From Marsupella aquatica (lineage: Eukaryota > Plantae > Marchantiophyta): a stretch of 64,000 nt of DNA. Below, in pieces: positions 1 to 11,900 of this stretch. How positions within the stretch are numbered: the stretch's first letter is position 1; the number at the start of each line of letters is the position of its first letter. The position numbers and the translations under genes are program-made. The stretch is taken from positions 12,113,187 through 12,177,186 of the forward strand of contig OZ316898.1 of assembly GCA_973895155.1 (NCBI GenBank), written 5' to 3'. The notes beneath the pieces are model-generated. The model saw only the letters and a list, made by a program, of their open reading frames with translations, searched no databases and was not told the origin of the DNA.

Positions 1-13
1 GACCCTTATAGCC

Positions 14-553
14 TTGGGATGTTGGACCTTGTTTGGCGAGGTAGGTGCTAAGTTCTCCGAGACTTACTGGTACTCTTGTCCCGAGAAAGCCGCTTACGAA
101 CAAAGATACGCGAAGCTGGTGGCCAAGGTAGCACTGGTTAATTGCAAGAAGATAGCCATCACCAGGGATTCCACCTACAACGAGCTGCGAGACTACATCA
201 CCAAGGTATATCTCAGCGAGGAAGGGCTTAGATCGGTAGCAGAGGCGATTCTTGAGGTCTTAGCAAAGTTCTTTAGGCTGAAGGGCAGCCAGCGGCTTAC
301 TCAAGCGGAGTTCGACAAGATTCCGGGGTACCTAGACCAGCAGATCACAGCCGAAAAGTGCCAAGAAGACATCAGTAGACAACGGGAAGTGACGCGTAAT
401 CTTACTTTCCTTGGGTTCCAACGCCTTCGACTGGGATATGGTCACCCCAACACCACTAGCACCTCAGCCGATGACCACCGGCGTACCTCCGAACCGGTCC
501 CAAGTCCGACCAGTGATCAACATAGAGTGTTCTTTGGGTTCCGAGCGAGTTAG
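14..553 (+). CDS. Unknown ORF within the retroelement-like block (true start may lie outside the window)
   Basis: 179-codon open frame with protein-like, helical-looking composition. Overlaps the start of the next ORF (ATG 438). No recognisable motif. Confidence 0.35.
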   Translation: MGCWTLFGEVGAKFSETYWYSCPEKAAYEQRYAKLVAKVALVNCKKIAITRDSTYNELRDYITKVYLSEEGLRSVAEAILEVLAKFFRLKGSQRLTQAEFDKIPGYLDQQITAEKCQEDISRQREVTRNLTFLGFQRLRLGYGHPNTTSTSADDHRRTSEPVPSPTSDQHRVFFGFRAS

Positions 554-2307
554 TCCGTAACTCAAGCAATATTCTCGTAAGCGGTCAAGGACGACGCCGG
601 CCCCCGAATCAACAACGCAAACCAACGCCGCGCCTGCACCTGCCCCGGCAAACCCCCTGACCAACCAGACCCGACGGCCCCCGGATAACCCGAAGTCCAA
701 CTTATTACAGGTGATCCACGTCCCCGAAGTAGTCTGGATCACAATCAAGAAACTTGAACACGCGGACTATCTCAAGGAGCATCAGTTGGAGCCATTCGCT
801 CACTTGCTATGGAGACCGTGCGCCGCCGGGCCAAAGGAGATTTGTGAGTTCATCTCCAATTTCGACACCGACGCATCGACCATAGGTTTCAGGGCAGACC
901 TTATCACTCACGGAGCATCAGTTGGCACAGATCTTCTGCCTACCAACCGGACCGGTGCCGGTTGAACTCCGAATTTGGGATAAGGAGTATACACCTCGGC
1001 ACTTCAAACCCGAGGGTAAGACGGACAACGGATACAAGCAGGGGTCATGCACCAACTTAATCTGCATGGAGCGGCTTAACTTCATACGGACTACCCTACA
1101 CATGATTGAGCCACAATCCGAGATCTCCCTCTACATGATCGTACAGGTGGAACAGTACAAACGGTGGAACTGGGCCCAATTCTTTTACCGTAGATTCTCG
1201 GGGGAGCTGAAGCGGGCTCAGGGTGGCATGGCTATTGGGGGGAAGACTTACTTGGGAAGTCATATCGCCATCATCCTCGCCTGGTACAAGGCACGGCGGG
1301 AGGCCAGAGGAAAGAATATGGCCACCTCAGCCCCGACTAATGTCACCCCCGCCCCAGAGGAGGAAACCCCGAGCGCGCGGACTACCACCCCTCGGCCAAA
1401 CCCCGAGCCGGAAGCCCCGACTAATACTCCGTCACCTCCTCCTGTTGAAATTCCGCCGCCCCCTTCCGTTGAGCCTCCGTTACCCGCGGTACAACCACCC
1501 CCAATCCCTCCACCACCTGAAGAAACCTTCCCCTCCCCAATGCAGACTACAGAGGAGATCATTGCCCCGCCCGAGGAACCACCGGTACCCGAGAGGATGG
1601 AGGACTACCACGTAGCCCCGGGGACCATGGCCTACGACCTGGTCCAGAAGTTTAGCCAGACTATGTCTGGGGAGCTGGCAATGTACATCGGACAACAAGT
1701 CTCGGCGTACTTTCAACCAGCCTTCTTCATGTTAGAGCACCAACCACGGATCGTAAGCCGCTTGGAAGAAGAACTCATGGCGAAGGGGAATGAGATCGAG
1801 CGCCTCCAAATGCTGGTAGAGCACCTCGAGGAGGAGGCCACTACCCGCCGCGAGGAGTTAGTCCGCACCGTCGAACAAAGGGACAGACTAACACAGGAGT
1901 TGAGCGGAGCGCAAGCAGATCTCAAGAAGCTGGACGGCACCGTGCTTCAATTGCGCTCAGAATCTTCGGCTCGGGTTACCAGCCTGACCGACCTCAACAA
2001 ATAGTTCCTGCAGGCAGCTTAGCAGGTAGCTAGTCTCTCCGCCGAACGAGATAAATTGCTGGCGCAGGACCAGACCCATCGCGACTCCATTAACCAGCTC
2101 AGCTTGGAGGTAGCGCGGCTCCAGACAAAGGCCGATGAAGCTGCAAACGAGGCGAAGGAGGCGGTGCAGGACAACAAGGCCTTGCAGGATCGCGTTGCCC
2201 TGCTTGTCCTCCAGCGGGGAAAACCTGGGCCCACCTCTGATCAAGGCGGCTCAAGGTCTCGCCCCGACAGGGGGACAAACCCTGGTCCGACCACAGCACA
2301 CACGTAA
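438..2307 (+). pseudogene. Disrupted retrotransposon accessory ORF (plant-transposon-protein-like domain, Pro-rich linker, C-terminal coiled coil)
   Basis: ATG 438 is in frame with ORF 711..965 apart from TAA at 558. A frameshift near 920 leads into ORF 922..2004 (RWNWAQFFYRRFSGEL...YLGSHIAIIL, Pro-rich tract, coiled coil). Two TAG stops (~2002, ~2020) bridge in frame to ORF 2056..2307. Stops are consistent with CAA/CAG>TAA/TAG. Confidence 0.6.
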
Positions 2308-4632
2308 GGGGTGGTTAGCGAAGGGTGGAAGCAGGCGCCGCGCGAGGCAGTTGAGTCAGCGACATCTTTTGGTTAAGCATAACGACATAATAGCTGTCAT
2401 TAGGTGCCGATTAGCGGCAGTAGGAAGAATTAGGACCAAATCAGTTAGGAGCAGCCAGCGTAGGATGGAGTCCATCAACGGACTAGATTTTGTCAATAGG
2501 CTTAGCTGCTGCCATTCCGGTTAGCACTCTTGTCGTCAACGGTCAACCAGTCAGTATGGCACGGCCAGTTAGTCAGAGGGTAGTTAGTCAGTAGATATTG
2601 CCCCGAAAGGTAGTATCCTCCGGTTCCCTTCCACAAACGTAGTATTTAGGCTTCCCCTTCCGCTATGGAAGGGGAGAAGGCTTAGTTATCTCAGCAGAAG
2701 AAAAGGCGAGACACGGGGAGTCCCGGCCTGAGTAGGGTCAGAGCGCACCAAGGAGTGAGAGCCAGAGTCGAGGTTGCTGGGCAAGTGCGAGGCGGGGCCT
2801 CGTAGAGACTGGGCATCGACTGCCGTTGGGCCTGGTGACCCCCTTAGAAGTCGAGTCAACCATGTAAACTGATGCTTCACTGAGTAAATGTAGTCTTTTC
2901 CCTCTAATGTTTCCGTGAGTAACTGGTGTTGTGTGTATGCTTTGTCTGGGCAAAGGCACCATTTTAAGGGACGTACCGGGTGCAGACTAATGGTAGGGAT
3001 TGCCACCCATTGCATGTCACAAGGTTCTGTCGCGTCGATGGCTTGAAAACCCCCAAACCGGGAGTTAGTCCGAGTCACTAACTGAGGGAAAATTCCAGCG
3101 GTGGAAAATAAATATACCTATGACTAGTACGAATTGCGTAAGTGTTATACTAGTAAGTATATCGACTTAGCCCGACTTAGGGCTAATCGGGGCCACTACA
3201 CACCTCCTTGCCCAAACCCTCACCCCTACTGGTGGTCGAGGTTGCGCCATGGAACTAAACTGGATTTAAGGCCCAGGTTAGGGACGCGACACGTATACGT
3301 TGGCTTCTTTTGTGTCCTTGAAGACAAAGGTTTGATTACTTGACAAGCTTGCACTGATGTTGCAAGGGAAAGACATTCATTTGGTGGACCATGATTACAA
3401 GTTCCCATTGGGGTTCCCATCTCCCTAAATCTGAAATATACTCAGTGCAAGTGCTTGCAGGTTTAGAGATACTTCCGGATGTACAACCCACACACATTCC
3501 AATTGATCCTAATTCCACATTCCAATTGATCCTAATATTCACAACTGTGAGGGAGTTGAAAAAATAATTTTGGAAATGTTGGTGGACATTCAAATACTTC
3601 CAGCTAGTGATTGAATAAACCAAGATCAAGCTCCATTGATCACTCAGATGTTCAACATTACGATCATTTAATGTGACAGAGGGCACTGAAATGCGGGTCC
3701 GCCAATGACCAAAATATTAGTCGTAGTGATGAGAGAGAGTAAAACATGATGTAGTTGACAGTTTCCTGATGATCAAGAGACCAAAAGTTTGGTAACATTG
3801 ACCAAAGAGATCCATGCAAACTAATGCTGGGCCATTGGCGACAATTTTGTAGAAGTGATTGACCATCGTCAAAATAGTGCTTCTATGAGCACCTAAGCAT
3901 AGTAATGGTCCATTAATTTTGGTGAGATTTCAAAGAAAATCAATCAACCAATAGAAACTCAGAGGCAAGCCAATGGATGAGGTTTGCACATATAGAACTG
4001 TTCACATAAATTGAGTCTGAGCCGATGACCGCAATGCATCAAACAACATATCTTCACAATGTCCTACCTGCATAGATATCCATAACAATTTTCATAATGT
4101 ACAACTCATTTCTTTGTTGGACTACTGCCTGATTGCCTTCAGGATATACTGACTCTCGTCAGTCCACCTCCACCGATTGAAATGCCAACCTCTTCAACCC
4201 CTTTTGTTGTGACATCTCTTGCCTCTCACCTTTCACGCCGTAGACTTGACCTCTAGATCACAAAAGCAAGATCCCATCCTTGAAGCTCTACTTGGATTTT
4301 TGCGCTTGACAAATAGAATCAAACTTTGTGCTTAGCAATAATTGATCCTCTTCAAAGGACATAGGAAACGTTAGGGAGTCCTAAAGAATGAGGGTTCTAG
4401 ACATAGTTGGGTGCGTTAAAATTATTTTTCATCATAGATTGAACCATCCTGTTATGTTTGTGGGTCGTGTTCCTTTGCCATTGACCTTGCTAATGTGGCA
4501 TGCTTTGGTGTCATGAATTGGCAAGTGACCCTAATGGGGGTCTGTAAAAATATAAGCTATTATCACGCGGTTGTGTTTGGACTCTATAACAAGGTGGCCG
4601 CTATATTATGTCCCTATGAACTCACATTTTCT

Positions 4633-5228
4633 CTCGGGGGTTTCACTTCCACAAAAATGACACATCACGTGCGACCAAGGATAGGGCCATTTTATTGATT
4701 CCTCGGGGGTCTCATATATGGGGACCTCCCCGTCACCTGCGACGTTTTTAGGCCTTGGACCCCCTAAAATGCAAGAATTAAAAAATAAATTAACCCCTAT
4801 ATATAAACTTGGAATATTCTTGGAATATTCCAAAAATTGGATAAAAAAGACCATAATGTTCTTATAAGTATCAAAATTGAATTTAAGAGACCCTATTGTT
4901 CTTCTGCAAAAATTCTTAAGTCTTCCCTTAGAACCAATAAAACGTCCCTATCCTTCGTCGCACGTGATGTCATTTTTATAGAAGTGAAACCCCCAAGATT
5001 GATTCTAAGGGAAGACTCAAGAAATCAATTTTCTAATAAGAAAAATAGGGTTTTAAAATCCAATTTTGAGGCTTATGAGTACATTTAGGTTTTTTACTCA
5101 TTTTTTGAAATATTCCAAGAATATTCCAACTTCATAAGGGTCAATTTTTTTTCTTGCATTGTAGGGGGTCCCGAGGCCTAGAAACGTTGCAGGTGATAGG
5201 GAGGCCCCCATATAGTGAGACCCCCAAG
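4633..5228 (-). mobile_element. MITE (CTCGGGGGT family), outer copy carrying a nested copy
   Basis: Ends CTCGGGGGTTTCACT / AGTGAGACCCCCAAG. TSD CATTTTCT (4625-4632) / AATTTTCT (5229-5236), one mismatch. Confidence 0.9.
4702..4997 (+). mobile_element. MITE (CTCGGGGGT family), nested inside another copy
   Basis: Same terminal inverted repeats. Perfect 8-bp TSD ATTGATTC at 4694-4701 and 4998-5005. Confidence 0.92.
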
Positions 5229-5404
5229 AATTTTCTCTCCCCGCAATAATACACAACACTGACCAATTCAAAATGATGAAAGTTTGTAACAACAACCATA
5301 GTACTACAAATTAAACTTTGCACCCATGAACATGACCCCGAACATGATTGCACACATAAACCAATTGGAACAATAACATTTCTCTCTCATTTTTACTTCT
5401 TTAC

Positions 5405-5743
5405 CTTGGGGGGGGGGAATCACTTTCATGGAAGTGACACATCACGTGCAACAAAGTATAGACCCATATATTTAAATGGATGTGGCGGAAGACTTCCAAA
5501 GTTTTGTGAAAGAACAAATAGGGCCTGTTTTACTGACTAGTCGGCTTTTAAAGAACAAATAAGGTCTAAATTTAATTGAAAAAAAACTTTCTTTAAAGTT
5601 TTTAGAGGTTTTTTAGTAAAATATGGCAAAGTTTGGAGAGAGAAAGAGTTTTGCGAAAAAATGAATTCACTTAAAAGTTAGGAGGGTCAATTCGTAAAAC
5701 GTCACATGCGATGTATGGCTCTCCATATAGTGACCCCCCCGAG
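5405..5743 (-). mobile_element. MITE, related subfamily
   Basis: Ends CTTGGGGG...TCACT / AGTGACCCCCCCGAG. Perfect TSD TTCTTTAC at 5397-5404 and 5744-5751. Confidence 0.85.
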
Positions 5744-6439
5744 TTCTTTACTCCACCCGGGACTCCACCTGAGCAACATTTGTGCGCGCAAGCATTAGTT
5801 TAAATTAGGTTACACTACTATTGCAACAACACTTTGAATGTGATACAAAAAAATTAAGTGCATGCTTTTAGCAATATCGTGCACATGGGTGCAACAATAT
5901 GTAAAATTCTCAACATTTTCCTTGTCTCTTGTGCAATTTCTTGCCTCAACATGGCATTATGACCAGAATGATCACATCACCATAACAATCACATGACCAT
6001 GATGACAATAAAAATGACCAAAATGACTCATAACATTGCATTGCCTTAGCAATTTTCTTGTCTCACTTGCATTTCTGTTTGTTTTCTCAACTTCTTTGCC
6101 TCAATTCAATACAGTTTCCTCGTCTTAAAATCTTTGTCTCTCATGCACATATATGTTTCTCTCTCTTTGACATTTTTGTGCAACATATGAGCATTGGGCT
6201 ATCATGTCATAAGCTAGCTGTCACAATGTTAAAATTAGGTGTCAGTTTGTACGTCATTGAATACAATGTATCTTAAATGATCTGACTTTGATTAAGAGTA
6301 TATTGACCTAGATTACAAGGATAACAAAGTTGGAAAGGTCAGCACTACAAGTCATGCTCAAGGCCGTGAGCCTGAAGTGATAATTGCATGCAGGTATCCT
6401 CTCATAAAATTTTAATATTTGATTTTCAATCACTAAGGT

Positions 6440-6830
6440 GAATTTTTGTACCACTTAGTGAATTCTATCTTTTCTCATGAGATGAGAGAAATGATTTTGA
6501 ACAATGTGCACATGTGGTGTACTAAGTTCCCCTCATAATTTACTATACAAAATTTATGGTTTTAATTGAGTTGAGTGTCATGACCTAAGGCAATTGAAAA
6601 TCTGTACCTTATGTGCACAATTATTTACCTTTGTATTTTCTTGGTCATTATGTTTGCACATGTACTTAATTATGGTTTTGTGTATTATTTCACTCACTCT
6701 TAATTAACATATATTATTTTCTTGGCGTATACTTTACATCTACTTTCTTTTTTATCCTAAATAAATGAGACTATTTACATTTCACTACAAGACCAAAAAT
6801 GAAGCATGTTCAAGGAGTTTGAACATGCTA
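6440..6830. repeat. Diverged partial copy of the hairpin-ended element
   Basis: Shares CTCATGAG..TGAGAG..AATGATT and TTTATGGTTTT blocks, and the terminal CACTACAAGAC..AGCATGTTC..GAACATGCT hairpin, with 7385-8202 and 18419-19225. Left boundary approximate. Confidence 0.6.
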
Positions 6831-7384
6831 TGTTGTCCTATCGTTGTGGCTGCTTGCGAACCTTACACCAGGCGGCAATGAAGTGAGTTTACTTCGCATG
6901 CTTTGCTAGATACCCAAGTTAGTTCAGAAAACAGAGGTGGTTGTTGCTGTCTCTGGTGTTTCATCTTGCTGCATTCATGTTCCATTGACTGCAATGATTC
7001 TAGGGCCGGCCCACCTAATTTATGTGCATGAAAAGAAGAATTGCATGATTGGAAATAAGAAAGGTTATGTGCATGAAAAGAAGGATATGTTTGACCAGAA
7101 AGAAAGATGGTATATTCATGATCTATGTTAAAATGGTGGGTTTTGTAAGATGTTTGGTTTAGTTTTAAAAAAAATAAAAAATAAATAATAAATAAATGGT
7201 GGGTTTTGTCATCATTTAGTTAACATTCAAATAATGAGCATTGAGTCTCTTCAATAGTAACCAAAGATGCTGTGAGTAGTGGATCATTTTGGTTTTGTTT
7301 TAACCAAAGACACATTGCGTAGTGGATCATTATGAATTATCAAGAACCAGGATCTAACTTCTCAACCAGGATATTTTTGAAGCT

Positions 7385-8202
7385 GCTATATGGTGAATCC
7401 AACTCTCAGTTTTGTCTTATTCATATTTGTGTATCATGAATTTTTATTTGAATGTACCTTAACAAGGGGCATCCTTTGTATCACATAGACTTTTAATTCA
7501 TTTTTGAACCCCTTTAAATTTTTGGTATTCTATAGTGTTTTGAATTTATTTTGGCAACTTCATATTTGTGTATCATGAATTTTTATTTGAATGTACCTTA
7601 ACAAGGGGCATCCTTTGTATCACATAGACTTTTAATTCATTTTTGAACCCCTTTAAATTTTTGGTATTCTATAGTGTTTTGAATTTATTTTGGCAACCCC
7701 TTTAATTTGTATAATTTGTAAACTTTGTTAAGTCCTAGAGAGAAACTAAGGGCTTCATTTTCTACCGCTTTTAAGTATACTCATGAGTGAGAGGAATGAT
7801 TCTAAAAAATGTCAGCACATCCTGTCTTAAGCTCTCCTTGTGGCTTTCTTTCCTAAGTTTATGGTTTTTATTGAATAAGAGTCATTAATAAGACACACTG
7901 AAATACGTGCACAACTCGTAGGATCTTTGTGTAATAAATTTGTACTTTTCATTGGTCACTATGTGCTTTTATTACATGTACTTTATTTATATTATTTGAT
8001 TTCATTATGCACAACTTGCAGCAACTTTGTGTAATAAAATTATACTTTCCATTGGTCACTATGTGCTTTTATTGCATGTATTTTATTTATATTATTTAAT
8101 TTTATTTAATATGTATTCTAGTCTTACTCTTTAATTTTGTCCACTTAATATCACTACAAGACAAAAAGTAAAGCATGTTCTAGGATGAACATGCTACATG
8201 CT
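7385..8202. mobile_element. Unclassified ~0.8-kb non-autonomous element with terminal hairpin; includes an internal 139-bp tandem duplication (~7421-7698)
   Basis: Starts GCTATATGGTGAAT and ends CACTACAAGAC..AGCATGTTCTAGGATGAACATGCT. Homologous to 18419-19225. A 28-bp direct repeat TATCAAGAACCAGGATCTAACTTCTCAA lies at 7338-7365 and 8204-8231. Confidence 0.7.
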
Positions 8203-8923
8203 ATATCAAGAACCAGGATCTAACTTCTCAAAAAACTATAGATACTTGCACTATGTACTTACCGTACTAGTTAGAAAAAGATCTGAGAAAAAAGGAAAGA
8301 TTGGATACTGAGCAAGTAAGCAAGGTAAATGAAACGTGAACTGACGGTTTGTGCTGAGAACATCCACGGACCGATGTTCAGTACCTATGTATTGGAAGTA
8401 GGAAAGACTTAAGAATGGATCGCTGAATCAAAGAAACAAGAGGAAGCTTCTCCCATAATTTAAAAGCCAGGTCATGTTCCGTCGAGAACTAACTGTCTTC
8501 ATTCTTGAAGATTTTCTTGACAATTTAGTTGCGGTAAAGGAGATTATTCAATTCGTTTTTAATCACGGTCAAACAATTACACAAAAATATAGCTAGTAAA
8601 TGCAGGTTGCATTATTTTAGTGAGCAACGTAGTCCATCGTAATAAAGATGCGAGTGTACTAGTACTGTAACTTTGTAGGAGGGTCCGCGCCGTAAGGAGT
8701 AATCGTGCAAGTCATAATGCGAACACCTCACCACACGAACGTTCAATCGCTGCAGTAACAGCCTAACAGGATTGCAGAACTACAGAATCGACGCCTGTCA
8801 GAGTTCGTTAACTTGAGTCCTTTCAGTTACCTCGACAACCAAAGCGATTAGAAACATCCCAAAGCGATTAGAAACATCTGGGTCAAACAGTACGTCCGCC
8901 TACTCTCGTTTTGCGTCTTGAAA

Positions 8924-11900
8924 CTAATGGAGAGCAATCCATCGTTCCACGTGACTCGCACAAACGGGACAATTGGCGGTGCTACGGTTTAGCTTACGTA
9001 ACGCATCTTTGCAGATAGCGCACAAAGCATAGTGATTGCAGGGAATTGCCACCCACAGGGATTGTCGTTCGCGGCAATACACACAGAGTGTAGCCCAAGG
9101 ACGATCGTCCATAGGGCTGTTTGCTGTTGGTGAGAACAAACTGCGTGGTGCTTCCTGATTTCCAATCTCCGAGTAGGTGCGACCATAAGGGTATAAAATG
9201 CTTTGAGGAGAATCCTGCACATCATTCAGAAATTAAGACAACCGGTCCACAGCAAAAGGATTGTCAGCGATAATTGACTGTATCGAATGCAGGGTCAGAG
9301 CCCCAAAATGACAATCCCAGTCCCAGCCTGCTGTATTAAATACAGTCGTTGATCTACAGGCGACTCAAAGATGTAATCAAGCCGGTGCTGCATTGCCAAA
9401 GAACAAACCTATCTAACTGCGGAGAATGAAGAAGTCTGACATTCATCGTCACATAATACACAGAAAGATAGAGAATTTGGCCAACTTACATCCCATTGTC
9501 TCAAGTGGTCTGCAGTTTTCATTGCGACAGGATTCTGATTTGGGATCGCCTGCTTGTTCTGACCTTGTTGGCCCAGGTGCCTTCCCCAAATGCTGTACGT
9601 GCTCACGTAATCTTGTGGTAAGAAGCCCGTAAAAGGATGATTGAACGTTGAGAATGGCCTTAAGTTCACCTGATGGACTGGAGTTTTGGGATCATCCTGG
9701 ACCGACTCGATGCGTGCATCTGGTGAGATTGCCATTGGACCACGTGGCTGAGCCATTGAGGTCGGCCCAGCATTATTATCCGAATGCGTTGTGCTCAGAT
9801 ATTCAATTCCCGTTGTAGTAACTGGGATCTCGGCATGCTGTCCTTCACTGCTATCCATTAGAGCCAGCAGGTCTCTCAAATTGCTCAGGTCAGCTTCCTG
9901 CATCAAGCTTCCTGGTAGTCCAAATTGATCCTGAGCAGTTGATGGACGCAGAGCGTGACCAACGCCAGTATCAACCAGGGCTGTATGATTTTGAGTCAGA
10001 AAGTTGCCTGGAAGGCTGCCTTCTTCAAATCTAGAGCGAAGCGACCCCGTCAGAGAAGCGTTACAATTATAGAAGTTGGGTGACTCAGATTGACATGCTA
10101 AGCTTCCGCGAAGAATAGGTTGGGAAATCAGACTTTTCGAGCTCACAAAAGGTTCCATAGCGCTATTGCCTGGCAATTCACTGGCAGCGTCGGCGTAAGA
10201 GCGTCCACCATCTACCAACGCGCCGCTTGCTGTCAGCCCAATCGATTTAGGTGTCTGAGCTGTAACATTGGAAGTCACTCGCGACAACGCTGGCAGAAGC
10301 ACCATATGAGTGGCTGGGCCCCTTCCCACAGGTACAATTTTCATTCTGCACGACTCAGGGATTGAGCGAACGAAATCGCTGAGTTTGTGATAACCCATGG
10401 CGAGGTGATCAAGTTCAAGTCCACAAGTCGCACGAAAATCTCCTTTCAATGAAGACAGAGGATACCATTCCCCTTCTTTTAAACGGTTGGACACTTCAAC
10501 CAAAAACCCCGGAAGCCACACCTTGAACTTCGTTACCCAAGCTACGTCTTGTGATGTAGTGCACGCCGATCGTGGGGATGCTGATGAAAGAGCACCTTGC
10601 AATTGTTTCGAACCTGGTTCACTCTTTTCAACGGGGTCTCGCATATAGTTGATCAACTGAACTTGTAAATCACCTTTCGCTTGACAAAGCAGCTCTAAGG
10701 ATGACATAGCATGCACTTTGCTGACATCTATTTCAGAAACCTTGGCAGACTCTGCAGAGCTCGGTCTCGACAATTCAAGCTCTCCTTTCACATATTCGAG
10801 TGAAGGAAGTATGGAACGCGGCACGGCACCTTTAATTTCAACCTGAAATTTGAGGAAACTTGTCATTTGTTCAGCACACACTTAATGGGGCTGCACCACG
10901 ATAACATCACTGGCAGTCACACTCAAACAAAATTAGACAAGCGTATCAATAAGTGGTCACACTCAAACAAAATTAGACAAGCGTATCAATAAGTGGAAGA
11001 GTAAGCTCGCATCTATGTACATGGAACTCTCGAGATGGAGACAAACTACCAATCAACTGCTTCAATCAGGCAGTTTTTGCAACTCGTTTGCCTCGGGCCA
11101 CATTTAAAAATCGCAGCAAGCTAGGTCATCAGTTCAGCGACACGATTGCCTTTACTACCTTCTTTCCAAATATGTTGACGTAATGCGCCTGAACTGCAGC
11201 TATCACGGATTCTTCGTTCTTGAAGGTGACAAAACCGAACCCACGAGACTGCACGTGATCCCCTGCGTGACTTCCAATTACGATGGCATCCGCAACAGCA
11301 CCAAATTTCCCTTCGAAAAATTCTCTTAAGTCATCTGTTGATGTCCAACAATTTTTGGAATATATAAACATCAAAATTTCAAGCACCACGATTACAATGA
11401 AAGGAGGCATATAAACACAAGAAGGATTAGAGTCAACGATTTCATACCAGATTCGACGGAAGGTGAAAGGCCTCCTACAAATATTTTCTTGTTTAAATCC
11501 TCCGAGACACGCTGTCATTTAACCAACACAGTGCAAGCAAAGCCACAAAAAAATTACAGACGAACCCCAATGAAGTAAAATTTCGGCAAGAATCAATAAC
11601 GAAGATGATGGACGTAATTACATACTCCATTGTTTTTGTATTTCCGAGTATACTGATGAAGGGATTAGATAGAACGCGGTTTTGTACTCCCTATAAGCCA
11701 CTTTTCGGAGCTTGACAATGTTGCTTTGTAATTCCACAAACCTTAACCAGTTTTGTGGCAGCAGTGCAAGAGTTCATAGGACCCAGTGCTTTCGTTTCTT
11801 CCGCTATCGGTCTCGCTCGTCCCTGCAATTCTTCTTCCCGATGAGCGTAGAAGCACTTGTCACCTCGAACACAGCCTCCAGGCATTGAAAAGTATCGACA

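Larger units (their letters stand above)
1..3200 (+). mobile_element. Terminal part of a probable Ty3/Gypsy LTR retrotransposon (accessory ORFs followed by LTR-like sequence ending ...GGGGCCACTACA)
   Basis: GC-rich block with decayed ORFs, then LTR-like sequence (TATA-like TATTTAGG ~2644, T/G-rich stretch ~2860-2950) ending in ACA at 3200 at a sharp composition change. No gag/pol in the window, so class and orientation are inferred. Confidence 0.5.

Noticed and set aside
3230-4400. Mutator/SWIM remnant (CKHL-like motif ~3450 on the minus strand)
   Set aside because: Too degraded; a single short motif is insufficient.
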